Shown here: piece by piece, positions 1-11,116 of the stretch
Position numbering within the stretch: the first letter of the stretch is position 1
How the letters are laid out: each line of letters begins with the position of its first letter
Assembly (NCBI RefSeq): GCF_964194155.1
Contig: NC_135888.1
Location: 35,712,001-35,776,000, forward strand
DNA: 64,000 nucleotides
Direction: 5' to 3'
From: Cetorhinus maximus
Lineage: Eukaryota
Made by a program: the position numbers and the translations under genes
Notes under the pieces: generated by a model
Seen by the model: only the letters and a program-made list of their open reading frames with translations
The model's database searches: none
What the model was told of the DNA's origin: nothing

Positions 1-735
1 TGTAGCAGCAACATGAGTGGTATACATCACTAAACGAATGCTACCATCAAGCAAAAAATACGTTCTGCTTATACCACATCACTCATTTGTGTGATATGAA
101 TTTCAGTGCCAGTGTGATGCTAGGTAACTAGGCTGAACATCCCAAAGACTGGCAAATCGTATCAAACAGCATGCCCTCATTACTATTCACAAGGGGCAAG
201 GTATAGGCCGTACCCAACCAACCGTGTTTGCAAAACTCAAAACTGTCCAACAGTAGATGTGATTCTGCGATAGGACAGCATTTGCTAAATAATCATCAGT
301 GTGCTAAGAATTATGCTGACAACCAATGTAAGATTGTCAGTCGGGCTTGCAGTGTGCATTTGTGTGTACTGGAAGCTACATATATTAATACACAGGGCCC
401 TGTTCTTTGCAGACAGAAAGAACATGTACACACATTGTGCCCATTTCAGCTAAACAAAATAAGTGACAGCCATTCACTGACTCATTCCTCAGGGCAACGC
501 CTTGACCAATCAGGGTGAAGCTACCTGGTTTAAATTTCAAACAATGCTTGGCAGTTTACAGTCAGTCACCATCAATTGGTGGATTCTCCATGGCAACACC
601 TCTACCAAAGTCTGACAGTGATACACTCTCTTCTCACACCGTATAAATTTTTGTTTTCCCCTTATATTGGTATTCTTGTGAAGAAGTGTCCTGATGAGCA
701 TAAGATGAAAAGCTTCAACATGTCTCTTTTTTCAG
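1..735 (+). mobile_element. Penelope-like retroelement 3' end (GIY-YIG endonuclease remnant plus 3' repeat region)
   Basis: ORF 228-518 SAIGQHLLNN..CAKNY..KIVSRA..LCVLEATYI..GPVLCRQKE resembles the C-terminus of the PLE GIY-YIG domain; followed by a hammerhead-like motif at 687-720. Confidence 0.8.
687..720 (+). ncRNA. Minimal (PLE-type) hammerhead ribozyme motif, partly decayed
   Basis: tgtc-CTGATGA-gcataagat-GAAA-agct-TC-aaca: CUGANGA and GAAA cores, palindromic helix III, near-complementary helix I ends. Confidence 0.6.
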
Positions 736-981
736 CAATACTAATGAATATTTAGTGAAAAATTTCAAGGTAATTTCTGCAGCCACACTTTCCTTCTCCT
801 TTCTTGTCTCTTTAGTATTAAAGAGTCATTATGGTAATTGCTCTTGTTATTTCTTCCCCTGTGACCTGTAGCTTGTGGCATCATTCTGGATGCAACCACT
901 GGATGATCACATTCATATGCCTTCGTATTGGTAGTGCCACTGGAAGCGTCACATACAGCGATTGGGTGCTTCCCAAACATC

Positions 982-1100
982 TTTTCTTAATTCTTCCATG
1001 GGATATGGGCATCACTGGCAAAGCCAGCATTTGTTGCCCATTCCCAATTGCCCTCGACACCGCCTGCTTAAACCACTGCAGTCCATGTAGGCACATGGTG
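982..1100 (-). mobile_element. Short 3' fragment of CR1/Zenon-like LINE or its SINE
   Basis: ggatatgggcatcactggcaaagccagcatttgttgccca matches the 3' end at 1345-1460, 27222, 54739 and 59485. Confidence 0.7.
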
Positions 1101-1344
1101 TTGGACCCCCATACCAGTAAGCTCCTGGAGGAAGAGGAGAAGAACGAGCAGTAGGGTGCCAGTCAGGACAGGCTGCACCCAGAGGAATGATGTGCCCAGC
1201 TCCCACCCCAGCATTTGCAGATGCAGATGTGCATATCTCACTTTGCAGAAGATTGAAGGGGCTTTAATTTTGAACAATGACTGCAAAAGTAAACCCACTG
1301 GCATGAATATAACTTGTGAAATCCCTGATTAAGTGTTAGGCTGA

Positions 1345-3815
1345 TTTTTTTTATTCATTCCTGGGGTGTGGGCTTCATCGGCTGGGCCAGCATTTATTGC
1401 CCATCCCTACTTGCCCTTGAGAAGGTGGTGGTGAGCTGCCTCCTTGAACCACTGCAGCTCATGTGGTGCAGATAAACTCACAATGCTTTTAGGAAGGGAG
1501 TTCCAGGATTTTGATCCAGCAACAGTGAAGGAATGGTGATATATTTCCAAGTCAGGGTGGTGAGTGACTTGGAGAGGAACTTCCAGGTGGTGGTGTTCCC
1601 ATCTATCTGCTGCCCTTGTCGTGGGTCGTGGTCGTGGGTTTGGAAGGCGCTGTCTAAGGAGTCTTGGTGAGTTCTTGCAGTGCATCTTGTAGGTGGTACA
1701 CACTGGGTTCCAAACATGAGGGATGGAATTTCAATTGAAATCCACGTCGGAGATGGAGACAGTCACTGAGAAAGGAAATATGGCTGTGAAAGCGGGTTTT
1801 AGTAAACACCTTGTCAAACACCAGGAGATAAATGGAAAGCAATGAAGGTGAACAAGGCAAAAAAGAGATACGAAAATCCTGACGGAGAATAGAGCAAATC
1901 TTCTTCAAGGTAGGCATTTCTTGAAGAGAAGTGGCAGTCAATTAAACACAGAGATAAAAGCAAAGAATGGCAGATGCTGGAAATCTCAGTGACTGTCTCC
2001 GTCTCCGACTTACCCCAAGTGGATTTCAACTGAAATTCTATCCCTCATGTTTGGAACCCACCCAGGATTACAGGTATCTCCAGGACACACAACATTTCTC
2101 GAACTGCCTTTCCCATCGCATTCTGAGATCCACACTCAGTGCCATGCGCCACCATATGAACACACACGACCTCTCCCTCCAGCAGCACCACCGCACCCTC
2201 TTTCAAAGCTGCGCGTGCCCCCAGTTTCATTTTATTCTTCGTCTCATCCGACGCCTCAAAAAGAAACTTTTTCTCTTTCTCTCAAGTGCTAAGAAATGCA
2301 AGCTCCAACAACTCATCGACACCAACACCCATCCAGGACCCTCCACCCCTGCCTGTCCCTCTGTCCCCATACCGTCTTCCAATCCCAGCCTCGGCGTGTA
2401 TCCACTATACCCCCTGACCTTCCCCTCTCCGATGCTGAACGTTCAGTGCTCAGCAAAGGACTTAGTTTCATACCCTTATGCCCTCATCTCAATGAATTTT
2501 GGGCTCGGCACGATGCTGAACTCTTCTTCCGCCACCATCGTCTCCGTGCTCACTTCTTTGGGAAGGAGTCCTCTCCCTGTTCAACGGATCCTTTTACCCA
2601 CCTCCAATATTCTCCCTCCACCTGGACCCCTCCCTCTGGATTCTTACCTTCTCTTGATCTTTTCATTGAGAACTGTCGGCGTGACATTAGTCGTCTCAAT
2701 TTCTTTGCTCCTCTCACCCATTCTAACCTGTCTCTCTCTGAATTTAGCACAGTGGTAGTGCCACACAACATGATGCAGAATATCCTCAATGTGAAGACGG
2801 GACTTTGTCTCCACAATGACTGTGCAGTGGTCATTCCTACCGCTACTGTCATGGACAGATGCATTTGCGGCAGGCAGGTTGGTGAGGATGAGGTCAAGTA
2901 TGTTTTTCCCCCTTGTTGGTTCCTTTGCCACCTGCCACAGATCCAGTTTAGCAGTATTTTCTTTAGGACTCGGCCAGCTTGGTCAGTAATGATGCTACCA
3001 AGCCACTCTTGGTGATGGACATTGAAGTTCCCCACCCAGAGTACATTCTGCACCCTTGCCACGCTCGGTCCTTCCTCCAAGTGGTGTTCAACATGGAGGA
3101 GCACTGATTCATCAGCTGAGGGAGGGCGGTACATGGTAATCAGGAGATTTCCTTGTCCATGTTTGACCTGATGACATGAGACTTAATGGGGTCCAGAGTC
3201 AATGTTGAGGGCTCCCAGGGTAACTCCCTCCCAACTGTATACCACTGTGCCACCACCTCTGCTGGGTCTGTCCTGCCAGTAGGACAGGACAAACCCAGGG
3301 ATGGTGATGTATGATATGATTCCGTGAGTATGACTATGTTCAGGTTGTTGACCAGTCGGTGAGACAGCTCCCCCAATTTTGTCACTAGCCCCCCGATGTT
3401 AGTAAGGGTACTTTGTAGGGTCAAAAGGGCTGAGTTTGCCATTGTCTTTTCCAGTAACTGTGTCGATGCCGGGTGATCCGTCCACTTTCATTCCTTTCTT
3501 GAGACTTTGTAGCTGTTTAATACTGAGTGGCTTGCTAGGCCATTTCAGAGGGCATTTAAGTGTCAACCACATTGCTGTGGGTATGGAATTACATGTAAGC
3601 CAGACCAGAAAAGGACAGAAGATTTCCTTCCCTAACGGGCATTAGTGAGCCAGATGTGTTTTTACAATAATTGACCATGGTTTCATGGCCATCATTAGAC
3701 TTTTAATTCTAGGTTTTTATTGAATTCAAACCATCTGCCATGGCAGGATTTGAACCTGGGTTCAAATTACTCTGGGTTTCTGGATTCCTAGTCCAGTGAC
3801 AATACCACTATGCCA
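1345..3815 (-). mobile_element. CR1/Zenon-like LINE: tRNA-like 5' head, APE endonuclease, RT region missing, intact 3' end; interrupted by Penelope
   Basis: 3' end ORF SFTVAGSKSWNSLP...WFKEAAHHHLLKG (1407-1703); EN motifs IVILTESY, YRPPSAD, GNFNVHHQEW, PTRGKNILDLILTN, DHCTV (2745-3440); A-box 3805-3815 and B-box 3746-3756 on the minus strand. Confidence 0.8.
1703..2742. mobile_element. Penelope-like insertion with inverted segment (minus arm 1703-1985, plus arm 1984-2742), N-terminal ORF region only
   Basis: 1703-1770 is the reverse complement of about 1984-2060 (one small indel); ORF has LPLSDAERSVLSKGLSFIP...FFRHHRLRAHFF...STWTPP...SNLS, typical of the PLE N-terminus; minus arm starts MPTLKK. 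Confidence 0.85.
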
Positions 3816-4164
3816 AGTATCCAAAGTATGCCATAGTTCCAGTCGCAGTGTGTGACAGAAGGCATGTCAACATGATGAACAGCCTGATTGGTTGCACATA
3901 CTACGATGTCACGAGTTATATCCACCTACTCTGACACGCCTACTTGTCAACAGCTCAGAAACTATCTTCACATATTAAAGACAAGAAGCTATTGGAGAAC
4001 ACGGCGAAAGCTCCAAATTGTCCCTGACCATTATTTTTACATCATTTAAGAATTGCTTGTTCTCTCTTGAGGAAAAAAGCCACTGTTTCATTTCAACAAA
4101 TGGAAGTGCCAGCAGATAACACCATCAATGTTGAACAAAAATGATTGAATCAAAATGATTACTG

Positions 4165-4735
4165 TTTTTTATTTGCTCATGGGATGTGAGTGCTGCTGGC
4201 AAGGCCAGCATTTATTGCCCAACCTAATTGCTCTCGAGAAAGCGGTGGTGAGCCATCACAGTCCATGTGGAGTAGCTACACCCTCACAATGCTTTCTCTT
4301 GTTGCTTGCTAGGTCATTTCAAAGGGTAGTTAAGAATCAACCACATTGCTGTCGATCTGGAGTCACATGTAGGCCAGTCCATATAAGGATGACTGATGTG
4401 CTTTCCTGAAGAATTTTATTCATGAGTCAAATGAGGTTTTAACAATAACATGTAGTTATGACTATTAATGAGGCTAGCATTTTATTCCAGAAATTTAAAT
4501 TTCCCCTCTGAAGAAGAGTCATATGGATTTGAAATGTTAACTCTGTTTCTCTCTCCACAGATGCTGCCAGGCCTGCTGAGATTTTTTAAAAGCATTTTCT
4601 GTTTTAATTTAAGATTTCCAGCAGTATTTTGCTTTTGTTTAAATTTTCTCGACTGCTATGTGGGATTTAAACTCATATCTCCAGCACATTAATATTGGCC
4701 TCCGGATTTCTAATCCAGTAACATTACTAAACATC
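4165..4735 (-). mobile_element. SINE made of the tRNA-like head/body and the 3' tail of the Zenon-like LINE; interrupted by a Penelope fragment
   Basis: 4165-4290 matches the LINE 3' end; 4300-4500 and 4640-4735 match 3530-3810. Confidence 0.75.
4507..4636 (+). mobile_element. Short Penelope pLTR fragment starting at a hammerhead motif
   Basis: CTGAAGA-agagtcatatggattt-GAAA-tgttaactctg...cacagatgctgccaggcctgctgag; imperfect flanking duplication tttaaatttcccc/tttaaattttctc. Confidence 0.75.
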
Positions 4736-5539
4736 CCCCTAAACAGCAGACAGACCGTCAGAATATGACCTGCAATAAAACTTTCAATCCAGAGTGATAT
4801 TATAGACAGTACATCTATTGTATGCTGCAAGAATCTTCTTTTGACATTGAGACCAACATTCTTAACACCCCAAAGTTGAACAGAGATGATATAGTTAAGT
4901 AATTCTTTCCAGCGATGTCCAACACTTTGGAAACACAGCGGCCTCTGAAATATCATAGCGTCCATCCTTGGGTTAATCTTCTGAGAAAACGACGATAACT
5001 GACCTGTGTTCCCTCTGCTATTCACATTAGTCTGAATGCAAATCACATGCTTAGGTTCAACACCCTCTCTCCCCTTAAAGCTTCAGGAAGCAAAGAAGGT
5101 ATTTCTCAATTTTTTTCAAGTATTGATTCTCCAGCTGAAGTTCCTGCTGGTTGAAACCCCCAACCAACATTCATCATCTGTGCACTCTTGTGTGATGCCA
5201 GTTCATAGTCAGCTACAATGTTAATTGGATTTCCCCTCAGAGAAATAGAGTGATAGATTATATTTACAGCTTTCGGCAAAATTTAGTTTCTTTTGAAATG
5301 CTGCTATGAATTATACATCATCATTTACTGAAGCGGTATTGTAAAAATATTTGCCTTCCTTTCATTTACTGATATGTATTCATCAGTATTACAAGCAATG
5401 CTTTTAGATTATTGTGTTGAAATTGCTATTGATGTTTACAATAGACACATTTCACATTGCTTTACAAAACATCCCTTGTACTCTTGCCTCCCATTAATAA
5501 CATACATTACAATAGTCTTGTTAATGTGGCAGATGCAAC

Positions 5540-6095
5540 AGCAAAAACAAAATGTTGCATTCAGTTAGCACCTTTAACATAGTAAAACATCCCAAGGCAC
5601 TTTACAGGAGTATTATCAAACAAAATTTGACAACAATGCAAACATTAGGGCAGCTGATCAAAAGCTTGGTCAAGGATGTACATTTGGAGGGAGGAAAGTG
5701 AGGTACAGAGGTGGAGAGGTTTAGGGAGGGAATTTCAGAGCTCAGAGCCTTGGCAACTGAAGGCATGGCTGCCAACATGGTGAAGCAATTAACATCAAGG
5801 ATGCTCAAGAGGCCAATGTTGAAGGAACAACAATAACCTGGAGGGTTCTGGGGTTGGAGGAGATTACAGAGAAAGGGTGGGGAGGGGTCATGGATGAATT
5901 TGAAAATAAGGATGAGAATGTTAAGATCAAGATGTTGCTTAACTGGGACCCAGTGTCAGTCAGCGAACACAGGAACAATGGTTAAAGGAACTTGGTGTGA
6001 ATTAGGACAATGGCAGAGTTTGGATGGTCCCAGAGGGTAAAATATGAGAGGCTAGCCAGAAATGCGTTGGAACTGTCAAGTCTAGAGGTAACAGT
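5540..6095 (-). mobile_element. L2-type LINE 3' fragment
   Basis: Minus strand gccttcagttgccaaggctctgagctctgaaattccctccctaaacctctcc, a decayed AFS..LWNSLP C-terminus plus L2-type tail; homologous to 35945-36425 and 51590-52000. Confidence 0.7.
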
Positions 6096-6127
6096 ATGTG
6101 GTTGGAAGCTGACCTCAAGGTCAAATC

Positions 6128-6312
6128 TGGTCATTATCACATTGCTGTTTGTGGGACCAAGCTGCTGCATACCTGCAGATTAGCTGCTGTTTCCAACATT
6201 ACAACAGTGACTACAATTCAAAATACTTAATTGGCTGCAAAGCAAAAGCGCTTTGAGATGTTCAGTGGTTGTGAAACGCATGATATAAATGCAAGTCTTT
6301 TTTTTTTTCTTT
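6128..6312 (+). mobile_element. DeuSINE-like SINE 3' half with L2-type tail
   Basis: tcattatcacattgctgtttgtggga...attacaacagtgactac...ttaattggctg...gcgctttg...tataaatgcaagtcttt. Confidence 0.65.
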
Positions 6313-6314
6313 TC

Positions 6315-7355
6315 AAGGTGGATGTGAGGGGATGGTTGAGCAGATTGATAGCTACAGATAGGCTCTGATTCCTGGAGGGTCAAAGGCAAGACAGTTGAGA
6401 TTTTGAGAGTTCAGTTGCAAGTGAATTTGGAGAGAATTTTTTTTTCTAGGGTTGGACACAGAAGGAAGTAAGATTGAAGGAAAAGGGGCATGTGACTAGA
6501 GACTGATACAAGGAAGTGATCAGAGGTGGCATTATCTGTGATTGATATGATGGGGATAATGGGGCCACATGAGATGAAAAATTCAAGTCAGCAGCCTTGA
6601 ATATGGGTTGTGGAGTTCATATGGAAGGAGAAATAAGGGGAGGATAGGAGGGCCGGTGAACTTGGAGGCGAGTACAATGCATTGAGATGGAGGCTGAAAT
6701 CATCAAGGGTGAGAAGTTGCTCAGTGCAGAGGCTGAAGGAGGAAAGCAATGAATATATTTTGGTGGGAAAATGTTTTATGGCACTTGGGTAGGTGGTAAA
6801 GAATGTGAATTTTACATGAGGAGAAGAAGAGTGGAACAAAAGGAGATGTTCAAAAATGAGGAGAAAATGCCAGAGGAGTAGTGGGACAGGTCAAAGTGTG
6901 ACTTGGTGATAAGAGCCACACTGCCACTCTGATGGTTTTTGCAGAGCATGTGGTTGAATTTATAGACAGGTGTGGAGGCTGCACTCTGAAAGAAGACTTT
7001 TGTAAAGACCTTGATGTTGATGGAGTCATGCACAATAAGCTCATGGATGGCAAGGACCTTGTTCACAAGGGAACAGACATTCTGGCAGGAGAAAGGAAGA
7101 GGGGCAGTGATAGCTGATTTTCTGGAAGAGTAAACAGTTAGCAGAGAGAGAGCTGACTAAGACTATTGGTGATTGGGAAATTGGCAAGATTAGCTCACGA
7201 TGAGTGTGCTGGGTGGGGAGGTTGGTGACAGTAGGATGGGGTAGTTGAGGTTGCTGCTTGTAAGGAAGCAGTGACGAATGTCTCGATGAATCTTTTGGAG
7301 GATGACACGAGTGACAGAGGGAAGCTTGAGGCTTATCTAAAAAGAATCAAGCCTG
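6315..7355 (-). pseudogene. Decayed L2-type APE endonuclease region; probably continues at about 11094-11340 beyond the CR1 insertion
   Basis: NKVLAIHELIVHDSINI...QSGSVALITKS...FSSF and LLSSFSLCTEQLLTLDDFSLHLN correspond to L2 EN motifs GGGVA, FSSFE and LGDFNLH. Confidence 0.7.
6629..6986 (+). repeat. Source copy of a 358-bp local duplication
   Basis: Colinear with 10723-11080, about 6 substitutions by eye. Confidence 0.95.
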
Positions 7356-7520
7356 AGATAGAGTCATAGAGTCATAGAGGTCTACAACACAGATAAAGGC
7401 CCTTTGGCCCTTCGAGTCTGCGCCAGTCAAACAAGTACCTAACTATTCTAATCCCATTTTCCAGCACTAGGCCCACAGCCTTGTATGCTATAGCATCGCA
7501 AGTGTACATCCAAAAACTTC

Positions 7521-9330
7521 TTAAATGCTATGAGGGTTTCTGCCTCTTACAGGCAGTGAGTTCCAGGTTCCCACCACCCTCGGGATGAAAAAATTCTTCC
7601 TCACATCCCCTCTAAACCTCCTGCCCCTTACCTTAAATCTATGCCCCCTGGTTATTGATTGCTCCACCAAGGGGAAAATTTCTTTCCCGTCTACCCTATC
7701 TATGCCCCTCATAATTTTATACACCTCAATCATGTCCGCCCTCAATCTCCTCTGCTCTAGGGAAAATAACCCCAGTCTATCCAATCTCTCCTCATAACTA
7801 AAACTCTCCAGCCCAGGCAACATCCTGGTAAATCTCCTCTGCACTCACTCTACTGCAATCACATTCTTCCTATAATGCGGTTTCCAGAGCTCTAGCTGTG
7901 GCCTAACCAGCGTTTTATACAGTTCCATCATAACCTCCCTGCTCTTATATTCTATGCCTCGGCTAATAAAGGCAAGTATCCCATATGCCTTATTAACCAC
8001 CTTATCTACCTGTCCCACTATCTTAAGGGACCAGTGGACATGCACACCCCTCTGATCCTCGGTACTTCCCAGGGTCCTATCATTCATCGTGTATTCCCGT
8101 GCTTTGTTTGTCCTGCCCAAGTGCATCACCTCACACTTATCCAGATTAAATTCCAATTGCCACTGATCCACACACAAATTACCACTATGCTCCTTAATGG
8201 GCCCTACTCTTTCCCTAATTATCCTCTTACTCGTAATGTATTTGTAAAATAACTTTGGATTTTTCTTTATTTTACCTGCCAATGCTTTTTCATGCCCCCT
8301 TTTTGCTCTCCTAATTTCCTTTTTAAGTTCCCCCCTACACATTCTATACTCCTCTAGGGCTTGCTCTGATTTTGAGCCCTCGGTATATGCCATAAGCCTC
8401 CCTTTTTCTCTTTATCCAATCCTGTATATCCCTTGACATCCAGGGTTCCCTGGATTTGTTGGTCCCACCCTTTATCTTTACTGTAATATGTTGGCCCTGG
8501 ACTCTCCCTATTTCCTTCTTGAATGAGTCCCACTGCTCTGAAGCAGATTTACCTAAAAGTAGCTGCTTCCAGTCCACTCTGGCCAAATCATATCTGATCT
8601 TATTAAAATCGGCCTTCCCCCAATTTAGAACTCTGATTTCTGACCCATCCTTGTCCTTTTCCATAACAACCATGAGTCTAACGGAGTTATGATCACTGTC
8701 TGCAAAATGCTCCCCCACTGATACCTCTACCACTTGCCCGGCTTCATTCCCTAAAATTAAATCCAGGACCACCCCCTCTCTTGTAGGACCTTCTTCATAC
8801 TGGTTTAAAAGGCTCTCCTGGATGCATTTTAAGAATTCTGCTCCCTCTAAACCTATCACACTATGACTAAACCAGTTAATGTTAAGGAAGTTGAAATCCC
8901 CCATTATTACTACCCTATTATTTTTACACTTCTCTGAAATTTTCCTACATATCTGCTCTTCTATTTCTCTTTGATTGTTTGGAGACTTATAGTACACTCC
9001 CAGCATTGTGATTGTTCCTTTTTTGTTTTTCAGTTCTACCCATATGGCTTCATTTGAGGAGCCTTCTAAGTTGAATCCCTCCTTACTGCTGTAATTGATT
9101 CCTTGATCAATATTGTGATACCCCCTCCTCTTTTATCTCCTTCCCTGTCTTGCCTGAAGACCCTATATCCTGGAATATTGAGCTGCCAATCCTACCCCTG
9201 TCTCAACCATGTCTCCATGACAGCAATGGCATCATACTTCCATGTGTTAATTTGTGCCCTCAACTCATCTGCCTTATTTGTCAGACTCCTTGCATTAAAA
9301 TAAATACCATCCAACCTTGCCAGACTCCCT
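7521..9330 (-). pseudogene. CR1 ORF2 (APE endonuclease and C-terminal domain; RT core deleted at about 8168; frameshifted)
   Basis: ORFs 8344-9006, 7845-8393 and 7521-7844; junction GNLCV|DQWQLEFNLDKCEVMH skips NYRPVSL, QHGF and FADD. Confidence 0.9.
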
Positions 9331-9399
9331 TGTGCCTTAACTGGCCTATAATTTCTATGCCTTCCAGACTCACTTGCTCTCTCTTCTAATTTTGGCTGT

Positions 9400-10399
9400 G
9401 CATCTCCCCCTGCTGAACCTCCTCTCAGGATCTCATCCCCCTGCCAAGTTAGTTTAAACGCTCCCCAACAGCACTAGCAAACCTCCCCACAAGGATGTTG
9501 GTCCCATTCCAGTTCAGGTGCAATCTGTCTGCCTTGTACAGGTCCCTCTGCCCCCAGAAACAGTCCCAATGTCCCAGAAATCTAAAGCCCCCCCCAACCC
9601 CCAACCTCCTGCATTCATCTGGACTAATCTCCTATTTCTATACTCACTAGCGCATGGCATCGGAAGTAATCCAGAGATTACTATCTTTGAGGTCCTGTTT
9701 TTTAATCTACTTCCTAACCTAAATTCTGCTTGCTGGGCCTCATCTCTCTTTCTACCTGTGTTGTTGGTATCAATATGTACCACGATCTCTTTCTGTTTGC
9801 CTTCCCCCTTTAGAATGCCCTGCAGCCATTCAGTGACATCCTTAACCCTGGCACCAGGGAGGCAACATACCATCCTGGGTTCACATCTACGGCCGCAGAA
9901 ATGCCTGTCTGTTCCCCTTACTATCAAGTCTCCTACCACTATTGCTCTTCCCCTCTTTTTCCTCGCGCCCCCCCGCACCCCACCCCCCTAAACCCCTCTG
10001 TGCAGCTGAGCCACTCACAGTGCCATGAGCGTGGCTGCACTCCCCAGAGGAACTGTTACTCTCACCGTTTTCCAACACAGAAAAACGGTTCCCAAGCGAG
10101 AAGCACTCTGGGGATTTCCTGGCTACCTGCCTGACACCTTTCTTCTGACTTATGGTCACCTATCCCCTTTCTGTAAGCTGTGGGGTTACCACATCTAAAA
10201 ACATGCTATCCACGAAACTCTCAGCCTCGCGGATGCACCTCAGTGCCTCCAGCTGCCGCTCAAGCTCCGAAACCCGGAGCTCAAGTAGCTGCAGCTGGTG
10301 GCACTTTCTGCACACATGGTCAGTCAGACCGCAAGAAGCATCTAGGGCTTCCCACATGTTGTAGGCGGTACATAACACGGGACTGAGCTGCCCTGCCAT
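9400..10399 (-). pseudogene. CR1 ORF1 (zinc finger/leucine zipper plus SGNH esterase-like domain), frameshifted
   Basis: MAGQLSPVLC..MWE..HVCRKCHQLQLLELRVSELERQLEAL; AIVVGDLIVRGTDR..VCCLPGARVKDV..IVVHIDTNN. Confidence 0.9.
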
Positions 10400-10684
10400 G
10401 CCTTTAGTTGGAAAAAACCCCTTACTTTAAGTTACATGCAGTAAAAAATGTTAAATTATTTATGTACTTTAAATAAAGACTAGAACTCTTACTTTTCCTT
10501 AGCTTATTCTATTTTAAACTGGAGAATAAACTGGAGAAAAACATTTACCCACTACTCACCAATCTGCTCTCACCTTTGTGCTGACGTCACTTTTTGAATC
10601 TTCCCTGCACTCGTGCTGGTTCTGATGTTTCCGCCGCTCTCTCGCGCTGTCTTGTGATGTCACTCTTGTTATTTTCAACAAGAA

Positions 10685-11116
10685 CTGACTGCAGGACACT
10701 CTTCCCAGACTGCTGCATAGGCAGAAATAAGGGGAGGATAGGAGGGCCGGCGAACTTGGAGGCGAGTACGCTACATTGAGATGGAGGCTGAAATCATCAA
10801 GGGTGAGAAGTTGCTCAGTGCAGAGGCTGAAGGAGGAAAGCAATGAATATATTTTGGTGGGAAAATGTTTTATGGCACTTGGGTAGGTGGTAAAGAATGT
10901 GAATTTTACATGAGGAGAAGAAGAGTGGAACAAAAGGAGATGTTCAAAAAGGAGGAGAAAGTGCCAGAGGAGTAGTGGGACAGGTCAAAGTGTGACTTGG
11001 TGATAAGAGCCACACTGCCACTCTGATGGTTTTTGCAGAGCATGTGGTTGAATTTATAGACAGGTGTGGAGGCTGCACTCCCTGCCCGTGATGCTGACTG
11101 CAGGACACTCTTCCCA
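10685..11116 (+). repeat. Templated insertion: 358-bp copy (10723-11080) bracketed by a 23-bp direct repeat
   Basis: ctgactgcaggacactcttccca at 10685-10707 and 11094-11116. Confidence 0.9.

Larger units (their letters stand above)
7356..10684 (-). mobile_element. Near full-length CR1 LINE (5'UTR, ORF1, ORF2, 3' tail) with the RT core deleted
   Basis: Tail (ctatgact)n at about 7356-7380; ORF2 C-terminus YEERLDRLGLFSLEQRRLR; EN GDFN, PTREGVVLDLIL, SDHN; ORF1 zinc-finger/zipper and esterase motifs. Confidence 0.95.

Noticed and set aside
1967-3015. 263-aa and 239-aa ORFs as novel genes
   Set aside because: Frameshifted Penelope N-terminus running into antisense LINE sequence.
3746-3815. tRNA gene (also 15274-15345)
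   Set aside because: A and B boxes are present, but there is no clean cloverleaf and the sequence continues into a repeat body; these are SINE-type heads.
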